Source of the DNA: Mustelus asterias
Lineage: Eukaryota
Length of the DNA: 64,000 nt
Assembly: GCF_964213995.1 (NCBI RefSeq)
Contig: NC_135804.1
Coordinates: forward strand, 58,838,001-58,902,000
Direction of reading: 5' to 3'
Below the pieces are notes generated by a model that made no database searches, was not told the origin of the DNA, and saw only the letters and a program-made list of their open reading frames with translations. Shown in pieces: positions 1-12,290 of this stretch (the first letter of the stretch is position 1; each line of letters opens with the position of its first letter). Made by a program: the position numbers and the translations under genes.

Positions 1-1453
1 AAGAGGCGGTGGTTAGCGTGTCTTTTATTGGTGATGGTCATTGCTTGGCATTTGTGTGGTACAAACGTTACTTGCCACTTGTCAGCCCAAGCCTGGATAT
101 TGTCCAGATCTTGTTGCATTTGAACATGGACTGCTTCAGTATCTGAGGAGTCGTGAATGGTGCTGAACATTGTGCAATCATCGGCGAACATTCCGACTTC
201 TGACCTTATGACGGAAGGAAGGTTATTGATGAAGCAGCTGAAGGTAGTTGGGTCTAGGACACTGCCCTGAAGGACTCCTGCAGAGATGTCCTGGAGCTGA
301 GATGACTGACCTTCCACAACAACAACCATCTTCCTATCTATCAGGTATGACCCCAACCAGCGGAGAGTTTGCTACTGATACACATTGATTCCAGTTTTGC
401 CAGGACTCCTTGATGCCACACTCATTTGGATGCGGCCTTGATGTCAAGAGCTGTTACTCTCACTTCACCTCTGGAATTCAGCTCTTTTGTCCATGTACTC
501 TAGCTAGCGATGCCCAAATCCCATAAATGAATTAAAGGAGGATAACCTCACATTTTTCCACATTATACATTATCTGCCAAATTTTGAACCACTCACTTAA
601 CCCATTAATGTCCCTTTGCAGACTTTGTGTCCTGCTCAGAACTTGCTTTCCCACCCACTTTTTAGTACCATCAATTAATTTAGCTTGTTGGCTGCATGCA
701 AATACAATGATTTCTTTTTACTACATTTCCCTACTCTGACCGTATTTGCTCCTGCACTCTTATGTTTGTATGCTCTGCTCCTGTCAAATTGTGGCTATCA
801 TTACTCATATCTTTAACCTGCCGTCTTGCCTTGTTCTTTCTTTTCAACTCTCAGCACTAGGCACCTTCCTAATACCTCTGGTTATGATATCAAATGTGTT
901 AACCAAGCAACTGGGCATATAGGAACATCCTATTTTTGGAACAATTTGAATTATGAAAATATTATCAGTTGGAAGAATATTTCACAATAAATACTAATAT
1001 TTATCTTGCCCTTACAAATCATAGAATCCCTACAGTGCACAAAGAGGCCATTCAGCCCATCATGTCTACACTGACTCTCAACATAGCATCTTTCCCAGGC
1101 CCATCCCACACCCTATCCTCATAACCCTACATATTTACCTCACTAATCCCCCTAACCCTACATGTCTTGGGATACCAAGAGGCAATTTAGCATGGCCAAT
1201 TCACCTAACCAGCACATCTTTGGACTGTGGGAGGTAACCGGACAGGGGGAGAATGTGCAAGCTCCACACATTCACCCAAGGTTGGAATTGATCCCAGGTC
1301 CCTGGTGCTATAAGGCAGCAGGGCTCACCACTGTGCCACCCTTAATAATAAAGGCATGTGGGCAAAAAAAGAATTGATGCTAAAACATTATAAATCACTT
1401 GTAAGTCCTCATTGGTGTATCATGCCCCATTCTGGGAACAACATTGTTGGGAG

Positions 1454-2925
1454 TGTTAGAAAGCAGGGGTAGGTTCAAGTGATCTCAGTCTGTATTGTTG
1501 GATATTAGAAATAAGGTATGGATTTAAGTGAGTTTAATTTAATGTTTCTGTGTAAGAAAGGATAAAACTCCGATTAGATTCTTGTTAAACAAAGGTGCAT
1601 ACATGTATGGGGCGGGGGGGGGGGGGGGGGGGAGGGCGGAGTTGTTGGTTTCATTTTAAACTGTTTCTATTGTACTTAGAGAGTTTACAGCATGAAAAGT
1701 AAGCAAGAGCTTGGAGAAAGATTGAGCTTTTGTTTAGCAACTAGGGACCATCTTTAAGGAAAAAGACCTTGTGTTTTTAATTTAACTGAACCCATGGCAG
1801 ATAGAACTTAGCAGCTAGAGAGACAGCAGCTCACTCAGCTCTGCCAGAAGCAAGACAGTGAAGTAATAGGCAAGAATGCATGTCTCAGAAACTAAAAAAC
1901 AGTTAGTTCTAGAAACCAGAGAATGAAAAGAGAGGTCGCAGGAAACTGAAGTTTTGAGAACAAGACTGAAAGAAACTGAACAATTGTACTATTTATTGAA
2001 GTTAAGGACAGAGCTGAGAAGTACAGACTTAGTGATGCTGCTTAGTGAGAAGCCAAAGGTCTGAAGTAATCATAGGGTTGGTGATATCTTGTTGCAGCCT
2101 GCGAAGCAATAGGTGAAACAATTGTGAAGCAATTGGTGGTTCGATCCCTGAGAGATTGTGTGGAAAACGTGAAAGCACGTGCCTATTCAAGACAAATGAA
2201 TTACTGAAAGGATAGTTGGAAATCCTGGAAGTGAATCCTTTCTGGAAACAGTTGAGGGAAAGCATTGTTTGAAAGAAGATTTTAAGGCATGCCTTTTCGA
2301 GAGTGATGATGTGGAGTTGCTGGCGTTGGACTAGTGTAGGCACAGTAAGTCGTCTCACAACACCAGGTTAATGTCCAACAGGTTTACTTGGTAGCACGAG
2401 CTTTCGGAGCTTTTGGAGCACTGCTCCTTCATCAGGTGAGTCTCTCCTGACGAAGGAGCAGCGTTCCGAAAGCTCATGCTACCAAATAAACCTGTTGGAC
2501 TTTAACCTGGTGTTGTGAGACTACTTACTTTCCGAGAGTAGAGTCTAAAAACACTCGTGTGAATGCTGGAGTACAGTGATGTTAGTTGGCTCACAGTGTA
2601 ATAAGCATCTGGGAGATTTGAGGGAAAAAAACATAGAAGTTCGACTGGGTGGCATTTGCCACTGGATTTCAGAGTGGGTGTTTTCTGACCACAGTTAGCC
2701 TGTTGCGTTACAAAGATGGTGTATTTATTGAGAATATTCTAGCCTAAGATGTATTTTGCAACCTGAGTCAACCTTAAGATTTTCTGTTGTTAACAGCTCA
2801 TTGACAGTCCTGTGACTCGGTTCATCCATGTTTTCTAAAATAAAATGTAAAAGTTACGGTCTTTTGAGCGAGGATCTATTCTGGGACCTTCCCTTCCAGT
2901 AGCAACATCAATTGGGATTGTAACA
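1454..2925. mobile_element. Solo LTR inserted in an old CR1 fragment (duplicate at 58071-59533)
   Basis: TGTTA...TAACA inverted termini; flanks GGAG/GAAG; the host CR1 sequence resumes across it. Confidence 0.7.
2303..2530. mobile_element. Short Penelope-terminus-derived palindromic element (others at ~5815-5905, 6935-7065, 10975-11070, 25285-25620, 58915-59138, 63776-63982)
   Basis: Inverted arms CACCAGGTTAAAGTCCAACAGGTTTATTTGG / CCAAATAAACCTGTTGGACTTTAACCTGGTG, shared with the ends of the 47-51 kb element. Confidence 0.8.
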
Positions 2926-3384
2926 GAAGGATGCAAGGCTTGGGAGCAGTTGTCGAGGAGATTTACTAGAACCGTACTGGAGGGAGGGACTTACGTTGGG
3001 GAGACTAGAGAACCTATTATTGTTCTCCTCAGAGCAGAGAAAGAGAAAGTGTGTTCAAAATTGGGAGAGATTTTGACGGGTAAATAAGGAGTGTTTTCAA
3101 TGATGGTTGGTTCAATGTCCAAGAGACAGAGACTTCGGATCATCAAAATCATCAGAGGTAGATGAGCGTTGTAGTCTGGAATGCACTTCCTGAAAAAGGC
3201 GGGGGGGGGGGGGGGGGGCAGATGCAGATTCCCTTGAATAAACAAAAATGAAGGATCATATGTAATGAGTGGGGAGTTGGACTAATTGAATAATTATCTC
3301 AACTAACTGGCACAAAGAGAATAGCCTCCTCTTGGGGCTGCCCCTTATTTCTTTCGATGCACTTCAGTTCTACGCTCCTAATCT

Positions 3385-3620
3385 TCACCCATGCAGAGGC
3401 GGGTGGGCAGGGGGAAGGAGGAGGACCGCCTCTTGGGCCTGGCCAAGTTGGCCGTTAAGAGGTCCAGGCAGCCGGCAGTCAAGTTGATCGTCTGCCCCTT
3501 CACTGCGGCTACGTTCACAGCAAGCTGGATTTGGAGAGGGAGCAGGCTGTGTCTACTGACACATTTCAGGTCGATGGGCGCCACAGGGGCTGGGGATGCA
3601 TGATCATGCCCCGGTACTGA
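3385..3620 (+). mobile_element. Tx1/L1-like LINE 3' remnant (duplicate ~59990-60225)
   Basis: GC-rich block encoding LLGLAKLAVKRSRQ, resembling Tx1 ORF2 C-termini. Confidence 0.55.
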
Positions 3621-3837
3621 CATTTATGGTTCAGTTAGTTAAGGTCTTTTGCCATTTGTTTTAGTTACAATGTCCCACCCGGCGCTATCATCCTCTGTCC
3701 TTTTGATTAATATCAGACCTTTCGTTCTTTTGTAAGATTTAAAAATATGAATTAACTACTTATCGGATTGATTGCAATATTTATTTCTATTCCTCCCTAA
3801 TCCCTCTTTTTGGAGTATAAAAACATTGTCTTCTTAC

Positions 3838-3881
3838 CGCCTCCTCACTCTGACCGGCTTCCACAGAATTTCTTTTAACAC
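3838..3881 (-). CDS. Receptor copy A, exon 5: juxtamembrane cytoplasmic GVKRNSVEAGQSEEA
   Basis: Polypyrimidine acceptor TTCTTTTCTCCAG|, donor |GTAAGA; 44 nt, phase 1 to 0. The remaining exons of this copy would fall left of the window. Confidence 0.8.
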
Positions 3882-4481
3882 CTGGAGAAAAGAAGAACTT
3901 GAGCTTGAGTAACTTTCTGAGTGTCAGCAAAACCAACACCATGCTTTCCATTCTGAACACTTTTACTGTCTAAAGGAAGGAGCCTTGAAAATTGAAATGT
4001 TCCATAGTGATGCTACCCCCCAATGGAGCGCACTGCCTTTAGTGTGATAGTGATAAACATGTGAAAAGAGAGTCGGCAAGCTGTTTTATGTCGCTAAATT
4101 ACAATTGAAATACGACCAGAGGGAGACGTAAAACAGTCTGCCAGTTCCATATCAGCCGTTTTACATTGTCGCAGGAAATAAGAGTGTTTACACTACAAGG
4201 TCCTGATATTTTTTAAAATGCGGAACGTTAAGGAGGTGTACAAATTGAATAAACAGTTCGAATGGGAAGATTGAACATCTGCATTTCAAAATTGATTTGC
4301 GTTGCCATATTCAACTCTCAATCACATAACACTCTTGTGGCATCAAATTCATTCTTTAAAGATGCAGCAAGGTGCTCTTTATTCCCTATAATGAAGCACT
4401 ATTCACCCGCCGTTTAAGTCTTAACAATTTAACTGCACATAACAAAATAAAAGTTTGCGGTGAAATAAGAAAGCTTCTTAC

Positions 4482-4580
4482 CAGCTGAAGCTTTTAATTT
4501 GAGTCTCGTCAAAATAATTATCAACAGTACAACAGCCAATGCGCCGCCTGCACATCCGAAAATGAGCGTAAATTCGATTC
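4482..4580 (-). CDS. Receptor copy A, exon 4: transmembrane GIEFTLIFGCAGGALAVVLLIIILTRLKLKASA
   Basis: Acceptor TATTTCAG|, donor G|GTAAGA; 99 nt, phase 1/1; uncharged hydrophobic helix followed by basic residues. Confidence 0.88.
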
Positions 4581-5317
4581 CTGAAATAGCTACAAGATCA
4601 ACAAATGATTGTAATAAGAAACTATAGAACACAGCGAGAATTATACACAGTCTTGTGTCTAGCAAGGGAGGGCGCGGTGCAAAGTTGTCTTTCCTGTAAT
4701 TGTGTCCATTTACTCTGTGTGGGGACCGACACTTTTATTTCTATAGGCAGTAGCTATAGAAGGATTATAACGTGACCCAAACGACAGTAACGCGATTTAT
4801 GGAGGAAACTAATCTATAAAGGCGCAGGAAGTTTCTCTCTCGACGTGAGGGCTTTTCGGTCAGAGTAAAGGGACTTACATTTGTGCCACGCCAGACAGAC
4901 GCGCACCGGCTACAAAGAGACGCAAAGTTTTTCATTCTTCAGCACTGACAACCAGAGAACACCTACTGTCGCTCTTTGTAGGTATAAGAACAGCTTGCAT
5001 TTATCATTCCAAAACGCCCAAACGCAGCGTTATCAAACACAATCAAAACACAGAAATAATATTATGACAGCTGGAGGTAGAGTTCAGGGAGCGTCGAAAA
5101 TGAGAGCTGGAAAGGCGGGGCTACTCAGAGTGGGAGTTGGATTCAGACAGCGGAAGGCACTGTGCGGAGATAACGATTTTATCATACATCCAAATCAAAT
5201 ATTCAGGATATAAAAGTGACTCTACTAAAACTGATCATTTTTATGTGTACGTTTATTTCACTTGGCAAGAATTTGACGAGGAATAAGCACATCAATCATA
5301 GAACCATAGAAAAGTTG

Positions 5318-5645
5318 GGGCGGCACGGTAGCACACTGCTGCTTCACAGCTCCAGGGACGTGGGTTCGATTCCCGGCTTGGGTCATTGTATATGTGGAGT
5401 TTGCACATTCTCCTCGTGTCTGCGTGGGTTTCCTCCAGGTGCTCCTGTTTCCTCCCACAGTCCAAAGATGTGCGGGTTAGGTTGATTGGCCATGCTAAAA
5501 TTGCCCCTTAGTGTCCTGAGATGCGTAGGTTAGAGGGATTAGCGGGTAAATATGTAGGGATAAGGGGGTAGGGCCGGGGATTGTGGTCGGTGCAGACTCG
5601 ATGGGCCAAATGGCCTCTTTCTGCACTGTAGGGCTTCTATGATTC
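5318..5645 (+). mobile_element. tRNA-derived V-SINE (HE1-like); further copies ~1015-1345(-), 8410-8720, 13120-13405, 14150-14400, 23903-24218, 40980-41145(-), 42320-42565, 46035-46290, 49680-50013, 57635-57962(-), 63317-63660
   Basis: tRNA-like head (GGTTCGATTCC B box) followed by GTGGAGTTTGCAC.TTCTCC..GTGTCTGCGTGGGTTTCCTCC core. Confidence 0.88.
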
Positions 5646-6371
5646 TAAAGTTAAAGCACTGAAGGAGGCCACTCGGCTCATCTTGTCCATGCCAGCTGTA
5701 TGGTGCCCTTTCAAATCTCACCTTCCTGCGTCCGGCCCATAGCCCTGTGGCTTACTTAAGGTGCAGATCCAGGTACTTTAAAAAAAAGAGTTTAGAGTCT
5801 CTGCCTCCACCAACTCAGTAAGAAGTCTCACAACACCAGGTTAAAGTCCAACAGGTTTATTTGGTAGCAAATACCATAAGCTTTCGGAGCACAGCTCCTT
5901 CTGAGCCGTTTGTGTAAAAAAAGGCATTCCTCGTGTCTTCTCTCCACCTTCTGCCACTTTTATTAAATCTATGACCCCTGGTTCTAGAATTCTCCGTCAA
6001 GGGAAACGATTTCATCCTGTCCATTCTATCTCTTCCCCTCATAATTGTGTACACCTCTATCAAGTCACTTCTCAGACTTCTTTGTTCCAAGGAAAATAAT
6101 CTCAACCTATCCAATCTCTCTTCATAGCTACACTTTTCTAGCCCTGGCGATCTCCCGTTTTAGGTCTTTTCAGGAAAATGTTCTCCCTCCTCCAGCTACA
6201 AACTATCTTGATCATTTTAATTCGTTCCCATTGATGTGACATTGAGATTAAATAAAGTCCACATTAACCCTGTAAATTCGAGTTTGAACAGCTGCCCAGC
6301 TACATTAATAATAAATAATACAAATCGGAGTCTTTACCCCTGCTCGTTTCTGTAAATGTTTCGAATCTTAC

Positions 6372-6668
6372 CTTGCATGACGGTGTAGCTGACACTGGCG
6401 GGCACCTTAAGGGAGATATGGGATGCCAGGCATGTATAAACTACTCCGTTCTTGAGAGGCTGCGCTTCTTCCAAAGAACTGGAGACCTCAAAAAGACCAT
6501 CCACTGTCTCGTTTCTCACAGTTTCTATTCCGGCCAGAATTTCCACACCATCTCTTTGCCAGGAGATTTTTAAATCCTCCGGGTAAAATGCAGCCGTTTT
6601 ACACTCGAATCTTCGAGAAGTCGCTGAATTCTCTTCAATCGGAACGATTTTCAGTGGTGTTGGAGGAA
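6372..6668 (-). CDS. Receptor copy A, exon 3: Ig C1-set domain
   Basis: Acceptor TGTTAAAAG|, donor G|GTAAGA; 297 nt, phase 1/1. VPPTPLKIV...FECKTAAFYPEDLKISWQRDG...DGLFEVSSSL...YTCLASHISLKVP shows the C1 hallmarks CxxxxFYP, W and YxCxxxH. Confidence 0.92.
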
Positions 6669-9524
6669 CTTTTAACAGGGGGAAAAATCATTTTTGAATT
6701 GAAAAGAGTAAATTCTCAATTGCCGAACCTCGATACGCTCTTACAGTCATACTGTGATAATAGTTATGGTGCTGTCGCGTTTTTTTAAACTTCGGGCGTG
6801 CATTTATTTTATATAATGTTATACGACGCTCAGCAAAATTGCCGGATGTTTTGCAAGCGGTACACAAAGAGGATCATCCTCCCAGGCATAGTAACAACCA
6901 GGAAAGAAAATGTCACTGCTCGGAATTAAAGCCATGATGTGGAGATGCCGGCGTTGGACTGGGGTAAACACAGTAAGAAGTCTCACAACACCAGGTTAAA
7001 GTCCAACAGTTTCATTTGCCAAATAAACCTGTTGGACTTTAACCTGGCGTTGTGAGACTTCTTACGGAATTAAAGCAGCAGATCCTGGCGCGGGATTGTG
7101 TTTGGCAGCAGTGACCCCGATTCAGATTCCGGTCTGAATGTATCAGAGAGGGAGCACCAACCAGTCGGCATGAACATTGGGTTCTACTCGGGTTTTTCTG
7201 TAAGAATCATTGTGGTACTAAACTTTGTGTGTTGGTTTGAAAAATGACCCACTTCAAATATTTAATGTTTCCAAACGTATTTTGTTTTACTGGTTAATGT
7301 TAAGATGCGTGAAATCAAGATACCTCCGATATCTAAATTGGCTCCAGACAAGATATAGTTATATGTATAGATTAAAACCCGTGAGTTACCATTGATTACA
7401 CAACATTTCAATGCCCGTGGTTGAGGTTTCAGATCGTGCAATTTTCACCAAAGCATCTTTCTGGGGGCTGGATGCGAATGTTGGAGTATTTTGCAAGCCA
7501 GGATAATTTTTGATAATTATATATCGCTATGTAGGTCACAACACCCAGGGATTAATTCCAGAGATAAAAACAGGCCCCATGTTGGGTAAACTCAGCGGTT
7601 TGACTGAGTTTTCATTTCAGATTTCCAGCATCCGCAGTATTTTGCTTTTATTTGACTAGTTAGTTTGCCCTTCTGCAATTTTATTCGATCTGCTGAACAC
7701 ATTTTGTCTGGAGAAGATTCCGCTTCGAGCAGCCCAAAGTTACAATTTTCTGATGTGAACCGCTCTATCTATCTGTCCACTCTATCTCCAATCACCTTTT
7801 AACTGGAAGTGAAGTCTCGTTTCATCGATTTATTTATTAGAATCAATCTCCTTAATATTTTTTATTTACAAGTCTACTTTTCCGACATTGTAGCTCCTTG
7901 ACACAAATTAATAATTTACAAGTATTATTAACTTTCAAAATTATGTTAGTCTTTATTCCCAGCCAAACCTCAGAATTCCTCCATTCTTTCCCCATGGACC
8001 TGCTTTAGGTATAATACAAAATGCGACAGAATTCCCGCTGGGGAGAAAGAAGCGCACGGGGACTGTACACAGAAGTAATGAATTACACATAGACGTTTAT
8101 AGAAATGTTCGGTGGTATCCATTCTCCACTTTACCAGTTGTGAGTGCATCATAGAAAGTCCAGTTGGCGTACCCCAAAGGTTCAAACCAGAGCATCGGGC
8201 ACCTTAACTGTCCTGTAAAGTCCAGGACCCGGGGTGGAATCCAGCATTGAGGGAAAGATCAAAACCCTCCTTCTCAGAGGATTGTAGGATTCCATTGTGG
8301 AAAGATCTTGGAATTTCAAACAAGTTACTAATGGACACAACTACAACATATAAACTGTTATCCTAGGAACAGGGCCCCATTCAGCCCGACTCACTTTGCT
8401 CTGCCAACCTTGGTGATAGTGATTCACACTGCTGCCTCACAACGCTAGGGACCCGGGTTCAATTCCGGCCTCGGGTCGGTGTGGAGTTTGCACGTTCTCC
8501 CCTTGTCTGCGTGGATTTCCTCCCAATGCTCCGGTTTCCTCCCACACTCCAAAGATGTGCCGATTAGATGGATTGGCCATGCTAAATTGCCCCTTAACAT
8601 TAGGTGGTTTAGCAGGGTAAATACGTAGGGTTAGGGGGATAGGGCCTGGGTGCGATTGTTGTCGGTGCAGGTTCGATGGGCCAAATGGCCTCCTTCTGTA
8701 CTGTAGGTATTCTATGATTCTGCCTGATCTCTAACTTAACTCCATTTGTCCGACTTAATTCATACTTAGCCAAAAGCTAGCCGTCGCAAATTTAAGGCAA
8801 TGACGTAAAGAAAGTGTTACATCAGCAATTTCGAGCAGTGGGCGGAAAAGGGATCTGATTTTGGAAATACTCGTTGCTCTACTCGGGGAATTTTCACCTG
8901 AGTTTATCATGAAGGCACTTAGAGTGAGGGTTCAGAAAAGATTTGTTGGAGATTTACCAGGGTCAAGGGATGTAGATTATGTGCAGAGACTGACGAAACC
9001 ACGGTTGTTCTCTTTAGACCTGATAGTTTTAAGAGGAGGCTGGATAGCGATTTTGAAAGTTCTGACAAATTTGATAAAGTCAGTGAGCAGAAAGTGTTCT
9101 CAGTGACACAAGAGTCAGCAACCAGAAGGTGTTTGGCAAAAGAACGCAAGGATTCTGATCTTTGAGTGGAACGTAATGACAGTCAAGTCCCTGTTATTGT
9201 TACCATGTTGTTCAGCTTAAATCGCGAGCAGTGAGTGTAGGGATCCCGATTGATTTTCGCTTCCTGGTTAAATCAACTAACTCGGCATTTCGAAACGGCC
9301 CTGCAACAAACTGAAATGCCTTGAATAACCGGTCTTACTTTCCTCGAAATCTTCTTTTTGCAATCACCTTTGCGGGAGAATATTCCTTCCTTTTTGACGT
9401 AAGTTAAATGATCTTTGAAGTTTTGTAAAAGATTTGACCTGGGAGGTGTTAAGATTGCTTACATTGTTCAATTGTGGCACCATTGTAGCGAGAAGGAACC
9501 AGACCCTAACATCCCATTACAACA

Positions 9525-9740
9525 TCAATGCAAAATACTGCACAGGCTGGAAATTTGAAATACAAACCGAAAATACCGAGAATGTTCAGAGGTCGGGCAA
9601 GATCTGTGTAGAGAAACTGAGTTAACGTTTCAGATCATTTCATCATCGACATGAAAGGTTAACTTTGTTTCTCTCCACAGAGAGAACTGACCTGTTGAGG
9701 TTTTTCCAAATTTTTCTCTTTATATTTCGTATATTTCCAT
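9525..9740. repeat. Older palindromic dispersed repeat in receptor intron 2 (related pieces ~7590-7650, 11210-11345, 28790-28845)
   Basis: Imperfect inverted arms centred on GTTAACGTTTCA...TGAAAGGTTAAC. Confidence 0.55.
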
Positions 9741-9898
9741 TGCTTAATTTCAAAATGAAAATATCCACTATGCAGTGGAAGACAATCCAGTGTTCTGTAA
9801 AAAGAATTCGCTATAACCAGCTTTTCCTCCAGTGATAAAAAAATCAAATTGCATATGTGGCGCTGAGCTGAAATCCTCCCGTTTACAATAACACCTAC

Positions 9899-10204
9899 CG
9901 TACACAGTGAGCTGGGTGCCAGTTCCAGTTTCATTCGATTTTTCTGGATATTTTACTTTACAATAATACACTCCGGAATCTGCAAAAGTCACATTCAGGA
10001 ATTCAAGCGAACTGCTTCCCTTGTTCGCATCAAATCGCTTTCTGCTGTCTGGTTGGAGAAAGGATTGCTCTCCGCGTCTCCACCAACGAACATCGGGCGC
10101 ATCTTGAAATATGGGAAATGTGCAGAACATGGAAGCATTCGCGCCTCTGCTCACCTTCAAGTATTTAGGGACCTGAACCACTTTGTTCCAAGTTACTCCG
10201 GCGG
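9899..10204 (-). CDS. Receptor copy A, exon 2: Ig V-set domain with germline J-like strand
   Basis: Acceptor TTCCTGACAG|, donor G|GTAGGT; 306 nt, phase 1/1. AAGVTWNKVVQVPK...MFCTF...VRWWR...SLEFLNVTFADSGVYYC...GTGTQLTVY has the B-strand Cys, C-strand Trp, DxGxYxC and GxGTxLxV. Confidence 0.93.
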
Positions 10205-10392
10205 CTGTCAGGAAAGTAACAAAGGCGGTGAAGTAACAGATAAAGAAAAATAACTGAGAGAAGTAAATTATAAAAACAAGCAATCGAATTAGAGAAGCAC
10301 AGTATCCAATTGTACAGTGGATAACAGCTGAAGAGTCTTTTAAATTAGGATTTGCTATTGTGAAACCGGCAGCATCTAATAACGAGATGTAC

Positions 10393-10447
10393 CTGACCAA
10401 AACACGCCCAGAAGAGCCATGTAGTGAACTGTAACTTGTATCGACAT
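10393..10447 (-). CDS. SIRP-like VJ-C1 receptor, copy A, exon 1 (signal peptide) MSIQVTVHYMALLGVFWS
   Basis: ATG at 10447; 55-nt exon ending at phase-1 donor G|GTACAT; hydrophobic leader splices in frame to the V exon. Confidence 0.8.
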
Positions 10448-10987
10448 GTTGCATTTCGTTGGCTACTTGCTGCAAATGAAAATGATATCTACGATGGTTT
10501 GCCTAAGTAATAGATTTCATGGTTAAATATACGAAACGTGTGACGATGACATGAGAGATCACATGACTAAAACAGCGTATTGTGTTCGTTTACATTTCTG
10601 TGTGTGTGTGTGTGTTATATGTGGGGGGGTGAGGGTGGTGGTCGCGGTAGAAGCTGACCTCCTAACTGCCGCCGAAAGGCTATCACTGGAAGACCAATTT
10701 TGTGCAGCCACTTTCGGAACACTTCGTTCCCGATTTTCTTTGTCAACACCAGACTTTGATTCTTCACTTAATCCTGAAAATAACGATGCCGGCTGCAGGC
10801 GCCTTCCAGCGCTTCATCTGAGATATCCTTTTTCCTGTAGGAGCATAAAGTCTGCAAATATTTAGACCTGAGTACTTTGAACTGAGTGCGATCGGGACCT
10901 CAAGCAACCTCCAGCCACCTGACTTGTAGCAGAATCACTGGAATAACAATTCAGATTAACAATCTCCCTATATTAGTTGCACTCCAC

Positions 10988-11024
10988 TCACCTGATGAAG
11001 GAGCAGCGCTCCGAAAGCTCGTGA
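10988..11024 (+). ncRNA. Minimal hammerhead ribozyme motif (Penelope-associated)
   Basis: TCAC-CTGATGA-A-GGAGC AGC GCTCC-GAAA-GCTC-GTGA: catalytic core, stem II, palindromic AGCT in place of helix III, stem I TCAC/GTGA. Confidence 0.7.
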
Positions 11025-11779
11025 TACCAAATAAACCTGTTGGACTTTAACCTGGTGTTGTAAGACTTATTATATTAATTCCAAAGTTGTTGAGGCCAAG
11101 TTTAACCTCACAGCGCCAGACATGAAACTTTAGCCCTTTTTCTACATGTTTCCATTTTACAGTCCAGCAGATCGGATGCGCAACAAGTAATTGTCGTGGG
11201 AATAACAATAGCAAAATACCACGGATACTAGAAACCTGGGAAAATAAACCCAGAAAGCGCTGTAAACAACTCAGCAGGGTCGCAGTATATGCAGAGCGAG
11301 CAACCCAGTTAAAATTTCGAGTCGAATATAACTTTATTCGGAAGGAAGGAATTTTTGCGGTGTGTTGGGTGATTTCCGCAGATGGAATTGCCAGGAGAAG
11401 AAAACTAAAACGACCCTCATCAAGCTGGTTGCAAAAGGAAAGGACATCTCAATAAAAGTAAGGCCGATTATTGACGACATTCAGTTTGTGATGGGTTGCA
11501 GTTTTCAAATCCGCTCTTTTGTCGAGTTAGTTGATCTGAATCAGGGGAGAAAATCAACCAGGAATCCTGCTCCTCGCTGCCGCCCATTGGAGCTGCAGCT
11601 TTGGTAAGAACAGGATGAGACTAGACTGTAACTAACTTCCATCTGTATACCCGAAACCTCGGCTTCTTTTGCCAATCACCTTAAATCTGTCTTCTGTTTC
11701 CCGATGTTTGTGTTACTGGGAACACTTCTTACTTAATCAAAATTGTTCATAAATTTAAGGTCGCTATGCAGCCTCGTTT

Positions 11780-12290
11780 TAACAAAGAACAAACAAAGAA
11801 CAAAGAACAATACAGCACAGGAACAGGCCCTTCGGCCCTCCAAGCCCGCGCCGCTCCCCGGTCCAGGATTGAATCCTGAATCCAGGATCCCCGCCCAATT
11901 TTCCAGCCTATCTACATCTTAATATCCTATCCACCGAGCTGTCCCTCACAGCTACGATGCTTTGTTCATCACAACCTATTAACTCACCCCCACCCCCCCA
12001 TTCCAGACCATGTGATCTCCAGGGAGAGGCGAAAACCCAGAGTGAAAACCCCAGGGCCAATATGGGGGAAAAAAAATCTGGGAAATTCCTCTCCGACCCC
12101 CTGAGGCGATCGAAACGAGTCCAGGAGATCACACTGGCCCTGATCGGAAAATGCTTCCCAACCCTATTCATTTCCACTTCTGCTTTACGAACACCATCTG
12201 AATTCCCTGCCCCAAGACAGGTTCCCAACTATCCGCAGTCTCGCTCTGTACTGGCACCAGCAAGATGATCATAGAATGAAGCCTTCTGGA
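11780..12290 (-). mobile_element. CR1-type 3' end with (TTCTTTG)n tail
   Basis: AACAAAG repeats followed by TACAGCACAGGAACAGGCCC, the same terminus as the CR1 copy at ~55370. Confidence 0.6.

Larger units (their letters stand above)
1..5800 (+). repeat. Tandem segmental duplication, copy A (partner 56627-64000)
   Basis: Position 1 AAGAGGCGGTGGTTAGCGTG equals position 56627; collinear and near-identical across unique and repeat DNA; duplicate ORFs in the track (1162/57779, 2029/58638, 3378/59982, 4429/62422). Confidence 0.97.

Noticed and set aside
2303-2530. Recurrent palindromic repeats as a CRISPR-like or prokaryotic system
   Set aside because: Dispersed, no repeat-spacer periodicity, and they match Penelope termini; the context is vertebrate.
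5318-5400. tRNA-like sequences
   Set aside because: They are SINE heads, not complete cloverleaf tRNA genes.
9903-9909. CACAGTG RSS heptamer at the J-like end of the V exon
   Set aside because: No nonamer at 12 or 23 bp; it arises from the Leu-Thr-Val codons. No sign of V(D)J rearrangement.
9768-10475. 235-aa ORF as a single-exon gene, or a germline-joined Ig light chain/TCR
   Set aside because: Only 9899-10204 is exon; the flanks are intron read-through. A neutral TM plus ITIM tail argues against IgL and TCR.
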